In this document: positions 37,313 through 50,806 of the stretch, piece after piece
How positions within the stretch are numbered: position 1 is the stretch's first letter
Layout: every line of letters begins with the position of its first letter
Source of the DNA: Carcharhinus amblyrhynchos
Lineage: Eukaryota
DNA: 64,000 nt
NCBI GenBank assembly: GCA_965287045.1
Contig: OZ336905.1
Span: forward strand, 12,896,001-12,960,000
Direction: 5' to 3'
The notes under the pieces: generated by a model
Told to the model about the DNA's origin: nothing
What the model saw: only the letters and a program-made list of their open reading frames with translations
Database searches by the model: none
Program-made: the position numbers and the translations under genes

Positions 37313-38013
37313 CTGTTGAAGAACAATATCCAGAAAATTTGAAATGTCATGAGAAAAAATAACATTTTTTAAGTTTGATTACCCATGTATTCTGAGTATA
37401 TTGGATAGCACCATCAAATTTGGAGAGGAGGAATGAAAGGGAACTACAGACAGTCCCTTCTTCCTCAAAATAGCCTTAAACCAAAAGATCTCTCCCCTGC
37501 ATTGCTGCTGTGGTCTCCACATCCAGAATATACATGGCTGATAGGTACAGCAACTGTTAGTCACTTAATATTGGTTTGTCATGCTTTGATGACTATGGAA
37601 AAGTGTGTACAATAGCCAAATTAATTTGAAAACTTGAATTTATATATTTATAATCAGGTTTCTCGGGTACATATCAAAGCAATTCATGTATAATGACTTT
37701 GAAATTCACAAGCTTTTGTGAAAACAGAAAACAGAGCATGAATTCTGAACACAGAAAAATTCTACAAGCAGCAAGATGAAGACTAGTAGCTCAATCAATA
37801 CTGCATTTTTGATAAGCACTTTTTTCTACCTAACATCATCTCTTCATCCCTCCAATGTCTGTTGTCAGAGTTTAGTCAACGTACATGTGGAAGATGATGC
37901 TATGCCTGAGAAGCAGTATATAGATGACATGAATAGGGGTTCCAAACGGTGCAGTGGCATGAAAAGAAACCATAAGTGGAAATGTTCTGCTTAGAATCAA
38001 ATGTGAACAGAAT

Positions 38014-38312
38014 AGGCGGCACAGTGATTAGCTGCCTCACAATGCCAGGACCCGGGTTCAATCCCGGCCTCGGTCACTGTGTGGAGTTTGCACATTCGCC
38101 CCGTGTCTACGTTGGTTTCCTCCGGGTGCTCCGGTTTCCTTCCGCAGTCTAAAGATGTGCAGGTTAGGTTGATTTAGCCGTGCTAAATTGATCCTTAGTG
38201 TTGGTGGCCTAGTAGGGTAAGCGCGTGGGGTTATGGGAATAGGGCCTGGGTGGGATTGCGATTGGTACAAGCTTGATGGGCCAAATTGCCTCCTCCTGTA
38301 AGGATTCTATGA
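38014..38312 (+). mobile_element. HE1-like V-SINE
   Basis: ggcggcacagtgattagc...gggttcaatccc head, V core, tail gatgggccaaattgcctcct...gattctatga. Confidence 0.88.
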
Positions 38313-38439
38313 GAACCAATGTAAGGCAGTCCCTTTGAATTGAATAATGGAGCAGCAGCCGTGGAAGATTACAATGTAATTTGTTACATCCATGGCTAAG
38401 AGTCAACAAAAATGAGGAAAAATAGGTATGATAGATGTC

Positions 38440-38820
38440 AGCATTGGAGTCAGAGAATTGTGGATTCAAGACCCACTCCAGGAACTTCAGCACAAATTCG
38501 AGACTGACATCAGTACAGTACTACGGGAATGCTACACTGTTTTACGGTGTGTCTTTCTGTTGAGCATGTAAAAGGCTGCAAAGCACTTTTTGAAGAGGTG
38601 AAGTTTTTTCTTCCCCCAGTGCACTGGCTAATATTTATCCTTCATCCATGACAGAAATGTCATCATATTGCTGTTTGTGGAATCTTGCAAAGTCATCTAT
38701 ACAAACTGGCCGCTATGTCTCCTACATCACAACAGACAACACTTCAAAAAGTCCTACATTGGCTGTAAAGCTTGTTTTTGAAACTTCCCAAGGTCATAAA
38801 AGGCACGATATAATTTCAAT
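38440..38820 (+). mobile_element. Deu-domain SINE (SacSINE1/AmnSINE1-like), old
   Basis: gagtcaga...ttcaag.cccactccag head and ttgctgtttgtgg.atcttgc...cctacat...cacttcaaaa core; family named from memory. Confidence 0.65.
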
Positions 38821-39221
38821 TCTCCCTTTCCTTCTATAAGGCACCACAGTCATAATGGATGTCAGTTCTAACTTTGATTTGGACCGTTTTGGCGTCGTGG
38901 CAGATATGGAAATTGGAAAGATTCAAACACAAAGCTGCAGCAAAGATGGGGCACAGATTTTGGAGGCAGTATGTTCAAGCAGGGGAAAAGGAGGTTGGAG
39001 ATGTTGCAGTAGTTTCCTAAAGGTGGGTTTTTTGATGAGGTGTGGTCATAGTTGTTTTGAAATGGGGGAAGACACCAGAAAGAGAAGCTGGCTAACGTAC
39101 AGGTGGACCCTTGTTCACACAACTTTAATCACATCAATTCAAAATTGTTTCACAAAGTGGACCATCTTCCTTCCATTGAACTGTCAGCTAAAAGTAAAAA
39201 CAACCTTCCTTCCTCCCTTAC

Positions 39222-40333
39222 CTGTTTGACGCGAGGCCGACCTGGTGAGAATCGCCGTTTCATTATAGCAGGCTTGCCAGATTCACCCTTCATCATGCCA
39301 GGGTCAGCTGGCAAGGAATCTTCAGTCTCTGTTAACCGCAAGTCTGAATTTGACTTTTCAGCCTCTTCTTCCACCCGTGGAGAAATATCATCTGCTGCCG
39401 TCATACAAACATCCATGGAGGCCAGGCCTGCATCACGGTCCAAAGTAACTGAATAATCTGGTTCTAAGCAGGTGCTGTTCGAGTCAGTTTGACTTTGATT
39501 TGACATTTCCTCCACAATCTCAGATTTAATGAACATGCTACAGACCGGGTCCATGCTCACAATATCCTGCACCTCCATTTGAGCATCTGGCTCAGTCTTT
39601 AGCTTATTTACTGCAGGTACAACCTCCATAGGGGTCACAATATCATTAATTTCCATCTCAACAGGATTATCCCTGGTTTCCATCCCATCTGAGACTGAAT
39701 CAGAAACGCCATCTCTTTCCATGAAACCACAAGTAGAGTCAGCAGGAATGTCACAGAGTTCAGTTTTGTCTGTTTGGATTTTGTCAGCCTCCTGCTTGAT
39801 CAAAACAGAGGGGGCACAGTCTAACTGTGCTTCAGCAGAATTACTGGCAGAGTCCATCAGGTCAGATTCTGTGACAAGTTGACTGGTTTTTGACTCCCCC
39901 AAGGTGGAATTAGTAGGACTAACGCCCATCTCTGCCGGAACACTAGTCTCTACCTGGTCTAACACAGAAACTGAGCTCTCCATTTTCACTTCCTTCTCCT
40001 TTATAAAATTCTCCGGTTGGTCTGCTGTATCCAAACTAAAATTTTTTGGTAATTCTTTTTCTGCAGAGAAAGACTCCACTGAACCTTTCATGCTCTCAGA
40101 ACGTGAAGCATTTGCCTCGGTTTCTGAGGTTGGATGAACCTCTGTGCTTTGGGAAGAATGGAATCCCTCATCAGGTCTCTCATGTTCAAATTCTTTCACT
40201 GCAGTTAAGTCTTCAACTCCATCTTCCTCAGAAGAATCATGAGATCGAGATTCTACCTGCTCCTTGGTGTCAACTTCTGATGTTTGTTGTTTTTGAATTT
40301 CTGTTTCCATGCTACCACTAGTATTAATGGAAT
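39222..40333 (-). CDS. KMT2D: KMT2D large exon (1112 nt), acidic Ser/Glu-rich linker ending MKRRFSPGRPRVKQ
   Basis: Core of ORF 39150..40352; ttttgtttcgatag / CAG|gtaagg; conserved SPGRPR motif. Confidence 0.95.
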
Positions 40334-41421
40334 CTATCGAAACAAAAATCATTCCACCATTAGCCTTCTATCACCTACCTGTACAACCATTTTTTTCTAG
40401 TCCTGTATTGCATGCATAATACGTTTAGGAAAAATAGCAACGGCAAATTTCTCAACACAAAAACACAATTTAAGATTGAGGAATAAAGGAGACAAAATTG
40501 AAATCATTGCAGTCGCAGAACACATTGTAATATAGTTACTAACTGTCTTCCAGAGTTACAAGTGTGCATGCTGGCCCAGTGCAAAGAACACTTCACAATA
40601 TTTGAAGGCTTCACTTGCAATGCTCCCTCCTGCCACTTCAGTGAAGTCACAGCTGTGATTTTTAAACAATTCTTAGTTAGCTCCCATGATTTTTAAGTTT
40701 TTTTTCTGCCTGCTTCACCCATGGCAGTGAATTGTAGAATCAAGCTCCATTTGAGCTCACAGTCTAAGCTGACACTCCAATGCAGTATAAAGCAAATTTC
40801 CTACATCATGGCTGACAGGAAGTCAGGAGGTGCAATGGTCCAGGAGCCATTTGGGAGCAGGGGCAGGCACTGAGGTACTAACATTGAAAAATACTGGGTG
40901 GGATGGCCAGTGGGCCTGCCAACAGACCAGATTTTTAAGAAAGGGAGCAGTGGAAGCCCATATTATCAGGTTGCTAAAATACATCTACAATGGCAGAGAT
41001 AAAACTGTGCCAGAAGCCACAGCACCACACAGTAATAGAACTGTTACAGACAAGGCACAATATATATACTGGAAATCCTATTAGCGCTACCGGTGTTACA
41101 TGGAAATGTAAAACAGTGCGGACATTTAACCACTGAAGGTTCCATGAAGAAATTTTTTTGTTGAAGTTTTCAGTGCAGCGTATGCAGAATTTTAATATTT
41201 CCACTCTTATTTCTCTCAGCAACTAGGATGCATCCAACGTAGACTAGGGTGACTTTACCTTTTAAGTACCTCTATTTTTATCTCTGTTTTACCTTGCCCT
41301 CTTCATTGCTGTGACACTGGCAGCATCTTCTTTTGTTAACACAAATGCAAAGGACACATTTAGTATTTCCTCTGTACTCTGTCTCAAGATTTCCATTTTG
41401 GTCCCTAATCGGCGCATTCTT

Positions 41422-42017
41422 ACATAAGAACATAAGAAATAGGAGGAGTAGGCCATCTAGCCCCTCGAACCTGCCCTGCCATTCAATAAGATCATGGCTG
41501 ATCTGATAGTGGTTCAGCCCCACATACCTGCCTGCCCTCCATAACCCTTAATTCCCTTATTGGTCAGAAATCTATCTATCTGTGACTTAAACACATTTAA
41601 CAAGGTAGCCTCCACTGCTTCAATGGGCAGAGAATTCCAAAGATTCACTACCCTCTGGGAGAAGTTCCTCCTCAACTCTGTTCTAAATTGACTCCCCCTT
41701 ATTTTGAGGCTATGCTCTCTAGTTCTTGTTTCCTTTAATAACTGGAAATAATCTCTGCTTCTACCCTGTCTAGCCCCTTCATTATCTTATATGTCTCTAT
41801 AAGATCTCCCCTCAGCCTTCTAAACTCTGGAGTACAGGCCCAGTCTACTCAATCTCTCCTCATAAGCTAACTCCCTCATCTCCAGAATCAACCTGGTGAA
41901 CCTTCTCTGCACTCCCTCCAAAGCCAATATATCCTTTCACAAATAAGGGGACCAAAATTGCACACAGTACTCTAGTTGCAGCCTCACCAGTACCTTGTAC
42001 AATTGCAGCAAGACCTT
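41422..42017 (-). mobile_element. CR1 3' fragment related to the 21.7-kb element, inserted in an older CR1 relic
   Basis: acataagaacataagaaatagg tail and strong similarity to 22279-22540. Confidence 0.9.
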
Positions 42018-42905
42018 CTTTCTTTGTCTATTTATAGATTTCTAAATTACTTTAGCATGCCCTTTGAAGTTACCAACTATTATTTTCTCATTTTATCCCT
42101 TTTTTTCCAGTTCATAGAATCCCTACAATGTTGGAGGCCATTCAGCCCATCAAGCCTGCACTGAATCTCCAAGCATCTTACCCAAGCCCGCTCTATCCCC
42201 GTAATCCCACACGTTTACCCCGCTCATCCATCTAACCTACACATCTTTGGACCTTCATCTTAGCACTTTTGGTATTCTGTTTGATTGACGACTGCATTGT
42301 GAGCCTAGCATTCATCATAAGCCCTCTTGATCTGTTGGGGAAGCATTCTCTCCTCTTGAGCAGAAAAGTCACATTCAACCACTAATTTCAGATATATTTT
42401 ATGAAGTATCTAGATTTTTATATTTTGCTAATTCAGTACAGAAATAGGACTACCTTCCAACCAAATATTATCCTCATTCTTCGCCCATCTCACCTACTCC
42501 TCAGAGTTAACTCCTGCTTGGGTGTGGTTTCCACAGCACTGGTCACCCTTCAACATTTCACTCAGGTGGTCTGAACAGTGAACATCAGTAAGGACACTGC
42601 AGGCAAGCTGGGTCACATTCCAGCTTGTTCTTTCACTGCCACTGATCAGTATTCTGGATTTTCTCACCCAATGCTAAGAAAGTGTAATCATAACAAGGAT
42701 TGCAACAGTTTACGAAATAAAAGATAAAATAGACATTTTGACCATAAAATTTTTAAATTATTTATCTTTTCTAATGGAAAAAATTTACTTGCACAGGTGA
42801 TTTTAGTGCTATTAGAAGATTAAAGGATACCAAAGATTAATAGAATGAGATAGTCCAAGCCATATCTCAAAGCTGATAAACAGCCCCAGTTTAAAAATTT
42901 CTCAC

Positions 42906-43013
42906 CCTCTTGTTTGCGAAATGAGTCTCCAGCAACACACTCACTCATTGGTTGTTCTTCAGGTTCTATGGCTTTTCTCTGCCTTTCAGTCCATTCAGTT
43001 TCTTTTATTTGCT
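42906..43013 (-). CDS. KMT2D: KMT2D exon (108 nt): EQIKETEWTERQRKAIEPEEQPMSECVAGDSFRKQE
   Basis: Good acceptor (cttcctgttgtgcag) and donor (GAGG|gtgag), open and symmetrical phase 1-1; no domain homology recognised. Confidence 0.75.
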
Positions 43014-43720
43014 CTGCACAACAGGAAGTAGCATTTTTTTTGTTATCTAAAGAATTTCATTTTAAAATATCCTCAGAGGCTTCAGCAGCAGTCAACTGTT
43101 CTTGCATTTAAACACTACTAACATAATGGTGCAACTCAATAAAGCATGGATTTGCAATGCCATAAATTTTGATGGACACAAGTTCGATCTTTATTACTAA
43201 TTTTCTGATCTCAGCAACACTGCTGGAGAAGTCACGCTGAACTTATTTTATGGCCTCTGTTGTATGCCGCATATTTGCCATCTAAGAATGGCCCGAAAAG
43301 CAGACTACATCCAGGATGAAGAGATTTTTCCTTCACAAAAATCAAACTATCCTCCAACTACTTCAATACACATTGAAGTCATGCATTTTCTCTCATGTAA
43401 TAGGAAATTTTAAATGGTCATGAACAATAACTAGATATCAGTGCACAACAATAACTTTCACAAAGCTTTGTTTTGCTATGTAAAACTTCTATTTTGGAGC
43501 CTGAAGTACTAACAGGCCAAATGGGAAGCAGAAACGTAGGGAATGACCCACTCAATCATTTTTGCAAACCTTAACAGGGCTGTAAGAGGCTGTAATGCAT
43601 AACAGACAGAATGATCAGGGTCAGTAACTGCAATCAGAACAGAATGACAGCTAGGTAACGCACACTGTGCTAGAGGGCCACAAAGTAGCAGATGGTTCAC
43701 ATCATGACATCAACTGTTTA

Positions 43721-45624
43721 TGTAATATAAGGGTTTGGCACATAAGGTTAATGTAAGACCAAGTAGCACCACCCATACAGTGATGCAAGAGAAGACACGA
43801 CCCACACAGAGGGGTCAGTATAGTGTTTGATAGAGCTGCTCACACAAGTGTGGATACAGCTCCTAGCTTGAGCTCTTTACTGTATGTGTATATTTACACA
43901 AACTTCATTAAGGCGTACCAAATGGTATCCAACATGGTGGCATCTCTTGGAAAAATGCAGAACCTGAGAAGCTGAAGCAGAAACTCAAAAGCTGGAAAAT
44001 TAAAGGAGAACTTTCTGACCTGACCAAAAGCACCTGAAGTGAGGACACAGGAGACTGCTTGTAGGAAGTTCCATCGCAGAATTGAAGACAGACGGCAGAA
44101 GGGAAAAAAAGTGCCACTTTCCAGCTGACAACTCCAGATATTGCATGGAGATCAGTTTGAATACCCATGGAGCTCAGAGTCAAAGATCAAGCAGTGTTGA
44201 CCAAAAAAGTTCTTGGCCAGAACTTGTTTAAAAACGTTGTCGGCCTTTTAAAAGTCAGAGCAGCCCATTTCTGAAAGCAACGTGGCCTGCTGGATTTCCA
44301 AGTCAGTGCTCGGCACATGGTGTCTGAGCTCACTTCAAGGGAGAAGAATTAATAAATTTGGAAGAACCACGACTAAAGAATCAGCTTAAAAGACCAGCAA
44401 AGGCCAGGATTTCACACTTTCACGACCCTAAAACATAGCACTGAAACAGAGAACCCTGCAGATAATCGATCCAAGCAGTCACTGTTTAAAATTTTTTCAA
44501 GGCTGAGCATGTCAGCATTGCAGCGGGAGCCTGCCAAAACCAACTAATGCGGGTAAACCCTTTGGCTTCAAACGTACAGTGGCACTGTCTTGAATTGCAA
44601 CAACCTCTTAAAGTGTAGTTCAGCTTTAAAATATTTTAGCCATGGATCAGAAGTCCATTCTACCAGTTCAACTTGGATTTTCCCAAGGCCCAGATCAATC
44701 TCACAATCAGAGATTTTGGAGAAAATGGTTCCTTAGATATATGATTACTTTAGGTATGGATAAAAAGACAGAGGCTGAACAAGTTTAACACACTCTTTTA
44801 TTCAGTAGGCCCAACAGCAAACAACATTAATGCTAGACAAGGAATCACCTGCTAAGTTCGAAGCACTAAAATCATTCAATGCTTATTCTAAACTAAGAAT
44901 TAACACAATCCTTGAAAGGGCTAAATTTATATGTTTCCAGCACTCAGGAGAACCTGTCAACTGATTCATTAATGATCTGTACAGAAGGCTACGAATGTGG
45001 ACACCTAAAATCTGACTTATCAGGGATAGAATAGTTTTTAGTGTCAGATGGTGCACTCTCAGACATGCTTCAAGTGAAGGAAGATGTAAGCCTCAAGAAA
45101 GCTACTCAGATTGTCAGGCAAAGAGGGATTCAATCCAATGAATAGAAAAAGAGGATGGAAAGACGCCTGGTTGCCAGAACAACCTCCAAATCAACAGTGC
45201 TTATGTTCAACAAGAGAGTCTAATACTTGTCTGATAGTCATGCAAACAAGAGAAGGAAGGGTTATAAGACCTCCAGATCACCTGAACCTATTAACTCAAA
45301 AGCTTGAATGAAGGGAGATGGTAGTAATGACAATGTAAATACAAGGAGTAAACTAGAATAGTTTGAAAATAAAGACTTGGGGGAGGTGCAGGTGGTGGTT
45401 CTGGCACATATAGGGTTAATGTGGGACTAAATACAGTACTCTTAAGCATTGATGCATGAAAACACATGACCTGTACCTAGGGGGTCAGTTTAATGTTGGA
45501 CAGAGCTGTGTGTACAAGCAAACATGGAGCTCCTAGTTTGAACCATTTACTGTAGATATGCACATAGTTCTTGTCATCAAATACATAGTTAACCTACTTA
45601 ACACCAGCTGAATGGCATTCAACA
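43721..45624 (+). mobile_element. Old internally deleted Gypsy-type LTR retrotransposon
   Basis: Two diverged TG...CA direct repeats (43721-43934, 45387-45624), TGGTGGCA PBS after the first, purine tract before the second, gag-like remnant (ERAKF...FINDLY...RDRIV) near 44.8-45.1 kb. Confidence 0.8.
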
Positions 45625-46220
45625 CCCTACAACAGTTTATATATAAAATTATTACATGCTTATATTCTAAATGATGACTCAAAAGGGTTACTCAGTGATA
45701 CTGGAGAACAGCAAGTGCACAACCTACTTAAGAATGTGGGTTAGCTTGTTAAAACAAAAATAAAAGTGAGGCCAGTGTGCCAACTATTTTAGTAATTAAA
45801 TGTTCTTATTCAAGAGAACAGACATCACAAGTATAGTACAACTCCTTGATTATAGCTGTGTTCACAGTTTCGCTAAATGCCATAGGACCAAGCTTTGCCC
45901 AGTGACTGCATGATGAAGGATTAAAAGTGTTATTTTGTTATAACTCTAGTTGTCATTTCCAATCAAATTGTATGCACATTCAGGATAACATGGCACTGTC
46001 ACAAAATCCCAGCTCATTCAGATCATGGTACTATTTGCCAAAGTTAAAAATCACTTTATTACAACAATGAGCCAGAAGCCTGCAGTGTAGCAAGACTTGG
46101 ATAACCAATTTAAATGCGCACTGAGTACTTTATGACTTAATCTGCAAGAACATTTTCACTGCTGCTAAATCAGTGCCAAACAATTTTCAGAAACAACCAA
46201 ATATCTCTATCAATCCATAC

Positions 46221-46372
46221 CTGATTCCACTGACCGTAGTTTCAATCGCATCTCATCACCATGCTCGGGAACTGAAAGGCCTGAGTTTTGTGATAAGTTT
46301 TTACACATTGTACACGTGTATTGTTGCCCTGATAAATGGAGGGGTGAAGGACCACAGTCTGCATGGATCCAC
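46221..46372 (-). CDS. KMT2D: KMT2D exon (152 nt): RWIHADC...YTCTMCKN...SVES
   Basis: Second half of a PHD finger; ttctcag / CAG|gtatgg; phase 2 to 1. Confidence 0.92.
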
Positions 46373-46661
46373 CTGAGAATAAAGAATACAAGCCAATGAA
46401 AATAGTAACCATCCAACATAGAGCTTAAAATTGATGAGATGGAGGAGGTAAGAATAGAAATACTGGAAATATTAAAATGAAAATTCACTCCAACACTTGG
46501 AATTCCTGTTAGCATAACAATACATAAACATCAGGTTCTTCCCAAAAGGGACTGTGGAGAAAAGCAGAGGAAGAGTCACCCAAGACTGGTTTCCACATAC
46601 TATCTAAGGAAGCAGATTGCCTATTAAGCAGGTACTGTGAAGAAAACTACTGGCCGGGTTT

Positions 46662-46680
46662 GGGGGGGGGGGGGGGGGGG
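46662..46680 (+). repeat. G19 homopolymer
   Basis: Seen directly. Confidence 0.9.
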
Positions 46681-47114
46681 AGCGGTGATGTTGGAGGGGA
46701 GCTTAAATAGAGCAAATGTTTTCACTAAAACTTATTTGAAGAGCAAGAGAGAGCATGTTCATATAGAGTGACCTCCTTTAAGGTCAACTTTTTTGCAATC
46801 TGCAATATAACAACTGGCATCGACCAGCTGGACCACATGGGCTGCTTCTGTGCAGTAAATTCTATGGTATCCTATTCAAGACTTGCAGAAACATTCAAAT
46901 TTCACCCACACTGGTTTAGGTTTCATGCACATTACTAGCAACAAATCAGCAGGGGGTAGACAGTACTTGAGAGAAACTATAACAGAAGACCAATTAACTT
47001 CCATGTACATACCATGGTATGCTTTACTATGGACGCAGTTGGCCATGATGGTTGCTGCTAACAGAACACCTTTTCCAGACCTGATAGATCATAATAACGG
47101 CAGAAGTCACTTAC

Positions 47115-47302
47115 CTTTGGCAGATATGGCAGTTTAACGTGTCATCTGTTTGTCCATTTGTTTTACCACATATTGTGCACGTGGGACTGTCCCTGTTCCT
47201 TTGCCAGTAACATTTCTCACACACTGAATAGTTCTGATGCCACTGCGCATTTGGATGCTTCCCTGCAGACCTTGAACCACAATCACTACACACACGACAG
47301 TT
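47115..47302 (-). CDS. KMT2D: KMT2D exon (188 nt): NCRVCSDCGSRSAGKHPNAQWHQNYSVCEKC...CTICGKT...CHICQR
   Basis: Zn-knuckle plus first half of a PHD; tttaacag / AG|gtaagt. Confidence 0.95.
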
Positions 47303-48638
47303 CTGTTAAAAAATATTAAACGTGAGATTGCCCTGCAAAGAATCTTGGAAATGTCAAATTAAGTCTTCTATCCACTTGATACTTCAACAGCTACCAAAGT
47401 AGCTTCGTAAATATTAGAAAATTAACAAAGGAACATTTCTACAAACCTGCACTGAAAACTTAGCCCAGCATAGGACTCTTAGATTTTGCATGGTTGTCTC
47501 TCAAGTTTCAGATTGAAACAGAAATCACAAATCATACTAACCAGTGTCTATCCCCATCCATGTACAATATGGCAGCAAGTCACTGTGCACAAATTCTTAA
47601 CTTAGAAAGTAGGGGATTCTTAAAAGTTTTAAAATCATCTTCCTTTTTTGTTCTTTCCCTTTCTAGGTCTTCTCGCACTATGTCTCATTCCTTAACCGCA
47701 AGACCCACGAGTAAGTGGACTATTACCAAAACAGAGCGTTGTTTTCCTTTGCTCACCCGGTACACTTCATTAAGTTATTAACAAACAAGGAAAACGCCAA
47801 TCCTCATGATTAGTCAGTTGTTTTGATAGGTGGTGGCAATACATCTTAGATGACGTTCATAGAAATAAACTAGTTTGCACAAGGTCAGATAAAAGAACAA
47901 AAGGGACAAGCAGGGCAGGTAAAGAGGAAAGGTATTTTTATAACATTGAGCTAGTCAAAAAGAGGAAAACAAAACCCAAGAAAAGTAACTTTTTTTTTGC
48001 TCATTCAATCCTTGCATGTAAATGAATTATCCAATAGTTATACAGAAAAAAATGTGATTATTCTATGACAAAATTGAGGTCAGCTTGGAGATCAGAAGCA
48101 TCAAAGCACTTGCCACCTTCAGCGGTCATGGCAGCAAATGCTTTACAAAAGCACGATGAGTGGGGAAAGATTGACTCGTGGTCTCATTATGATATCAAAC
48201 TGTTGGTCTTACTCTTTTATTCTTCTCCCCACTTCAGCAAATTATGGACAATAAATCTGTGGCTGATCGGCAATAACTTTATGAAAATAAGCATGCGAAA
48301 AGAATTGGTGAAACAAACGAAGCTGAAGGATCGAAACCCTATCTGATCAAAAACATTCACAACAACATATACTACAACTTTGCCAGCATAATTTTAACCT
48401 TTAGCTGAAAAAGTAATGAAGCACATCCCAAACTTCGTAATGGTCAAATGCAAGTGAGCCTACTAGAGAAAGATTTGCAAACTCTCATCTGTCCGGGTGG
48501 AATTTGTTGTACACAAAAAATGTTTACATACATGACTTTTGAGTATCATTCACATTCACTGGTTTGTCAAACATATGCAAACCACTAATGTCATCTATAT
48601 CTGATGCTGAATGACATTAATAGAACACACACACCCAC

Positions 48639-48753
48639 CTTGCATTTCCAGCTATCAGTAGGCAGTGACTCCATTGCTGGTTTCAAACAAAATGTGTGAT
48701 AGCCCTTGTCACATGCATCACACACAAGCATCATTGTGTCTGCACCAGGCTGC
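48639..48753 (-). CDS. KMT2D: KMT2D exon (115 nt), PHD: RQPGADTMMLVCDACDKGYHTFCLKPAMESLPTDSWKCK
   Basis: PHD finger; atgcag / AAG|gtgggt; phase 2 to 0. Confidence 0.96.
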
Positions 48754-48799
48754 CTGCATGGAATTCAATAGGAGACATTACAACCTTGCCTGCACAAAT

Positions 48800-49400
48800 C
48801 AGAGAATAGTACAGTACAGAATGAGGCCACTCAGTCCACTGAATCTGCCCTGGCTCTCTCGAAGAACAACCCAGTTAATCCCAGTCCCCCGTTCTTTCCC
48901 CATATCCATGAAATTTTTACCTCCTTCAAATATTTATCCAATTCCATTTTGAAGGCTGCTATCAAGTCCACACCCCCCCACCCTATCAGGCAGTGCATTT
49001 CAAATCCGAACCACACTTTGCGTAAAATGTTTTCCTTCCCATCACCTCTGGTTAAAGAGCAAAGAAAATTACAGCACAGCAACAGACCCTTCAGTCTTCC
49101 AAGCGTGGACCGACCATGCTGCCTAACTGAATTAAAACCCCCTACCCCTTACAGGGGCCGTATCCCTCTATTCCCATCCTATTCATGTATGTGTCAAGAC
49201 GCCCTTTAAAAGTCACTGTTGTATCTGCTTCTACTACTTCCCACGGCACCCACCACGCCCTGTTTAAAAAACTTGTCTTGTACATCTCCTTTAAATCTTG
49301 CCCCTCACACCTTAAACCTATGCCCTTTAGTAATTGACTTTTCCACTCTGTCCATGCCCCTCATTGGTTCTTTTGCCAATTACCTTAAATATAAGCTGTC
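48800..49400 (-). mobile_element. Nested CR1 3'-tail fragments
   Basis: Two successive CR1-tail segments, the inner at about 49050-49365. Confidence 0.65.
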
Positions 49401-49682
49401 ATTGTTGTGCTAAATGTTTTACAGATGTATGTTAATAGAAATTTCTACAAATAAAAGAGCACACCAACTTTCAATGCATACATATAAATTACACAAATGA
49501 CAGCACAAGATAGCGCAATAAACCATTTTGAAAGAGAGAACATGGACTACCTGCCCTTCATATTTGCAGTTTTCTCTGCAACTATTAACATTCTAACAGG
49601 TTACACAGATTTTATCTTCAGTCAGTCTCTGACAATGTTGTGCTACCAATGCAATTTCTGCCCATCTGAAACAGTTACAAAC

Positions 49683-49854
49683 CTGCAAGTCTGGCACACT
49701 TTACACTCCGGGCACTGCCAACCAGCACGTTTAACTGGTGTCACGACAATTTCCAGACAGGCACCATGATAATGCAGTCCACAGCTGGTACAGAAAAGAA
49801 GGTCCAGGAGATCTCCTGGAGCGTCACACACACCACAATTTGCCTCATCCTTTG
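49683..49854 (-). CDS. KMT2D: KMT2D exon (172 nt), PHD: AKDEANCGVCDAPGDLLDLLFCTSCGLHYHGACLE...WQCPECKVCQTC
   Basis: PHD finger; overlaps ORF 49643..49831; canonical splice sites. Confidence 0.97.
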
Positions 49855-50806
49855 CTAAAATAGAATAAAAATGGGTATTATGTTAACACTTCTGTTATAA
49901 CTGACCACTTTCAAATCGGAGAGATTGGAAACCTGCACAGATTGATCATTTTTAAATACATTTAATTTTAACTTTTTTTAACAGATAAACCAAGTTAGCC
50001 CTGTGTTACCCTGCAGGGACGACTTTGATTGCTTTGAATGAAAACATCCTAAACGAGTCGATCACAGACAGTAAACCTAGGTCACAGTACAGAGCTAGAG
50101 TCACTGCTCCAGTTAATATTTTCCCAAATGAGGCTCACAACTATTATTCAGGATTTTTAAAATTACACGTAGCAATCACAATCATCAGCTTGATTTAAAA
50201 TTAGGTCTGTCAGCTGCAAATAAAATTACCGATTTGGAAGTTAGGACTATTCACAAAAGTACTCGGTGAAAAAACTGCTATATCTAAACAACTCTGATTT
50301 ATGCATTTATTCCACCTCAGAGCATTTTGATTCTATTACAAAGGTGTTCTATTTGGATTGGTTCATAAATTGGAATTAGAGGTTGGCTTTTATCATTGGT
50401 GTACCAGTTCAACTTTCAACACAAATGAAAGATTTAATTACTACCTGTTACAGTTGCAAAGTAAACCAGAGAGTTATATCTAAAATGTATTAAAACAATT
50501 CCAGAAGTGGTACTCACGATGTAATAAAATGTAACAGTTCAGAAACAATTAGCAATCTCACTTCTTGCAGAGGGGATTTCCCAGATGTGCAATCTATTGA
50601 GCAGTATTCACCCAACCTAGATCCATGTTCCCTACTCCTCCCAGATCCCACCCTCACATCATCCTCTAACCATCACATCATCCTCCAGCCCAACTTGAAT
50701 AGAAAACTGTCCTTTCTCTTTGCTCCCCCTGTACTGGAGATCAAAATGAATATATACAATGCAATGAAGACAATGTAATAATTTTGTGCCAACGAGCAAT
50801 ATTTAA

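Noticed and set aside
39150-40352. 400-aa ORF as a standalone gene
   Set aside because: It is the large KMT2D exon (39222-40333) plus intronic read-through at both ends.
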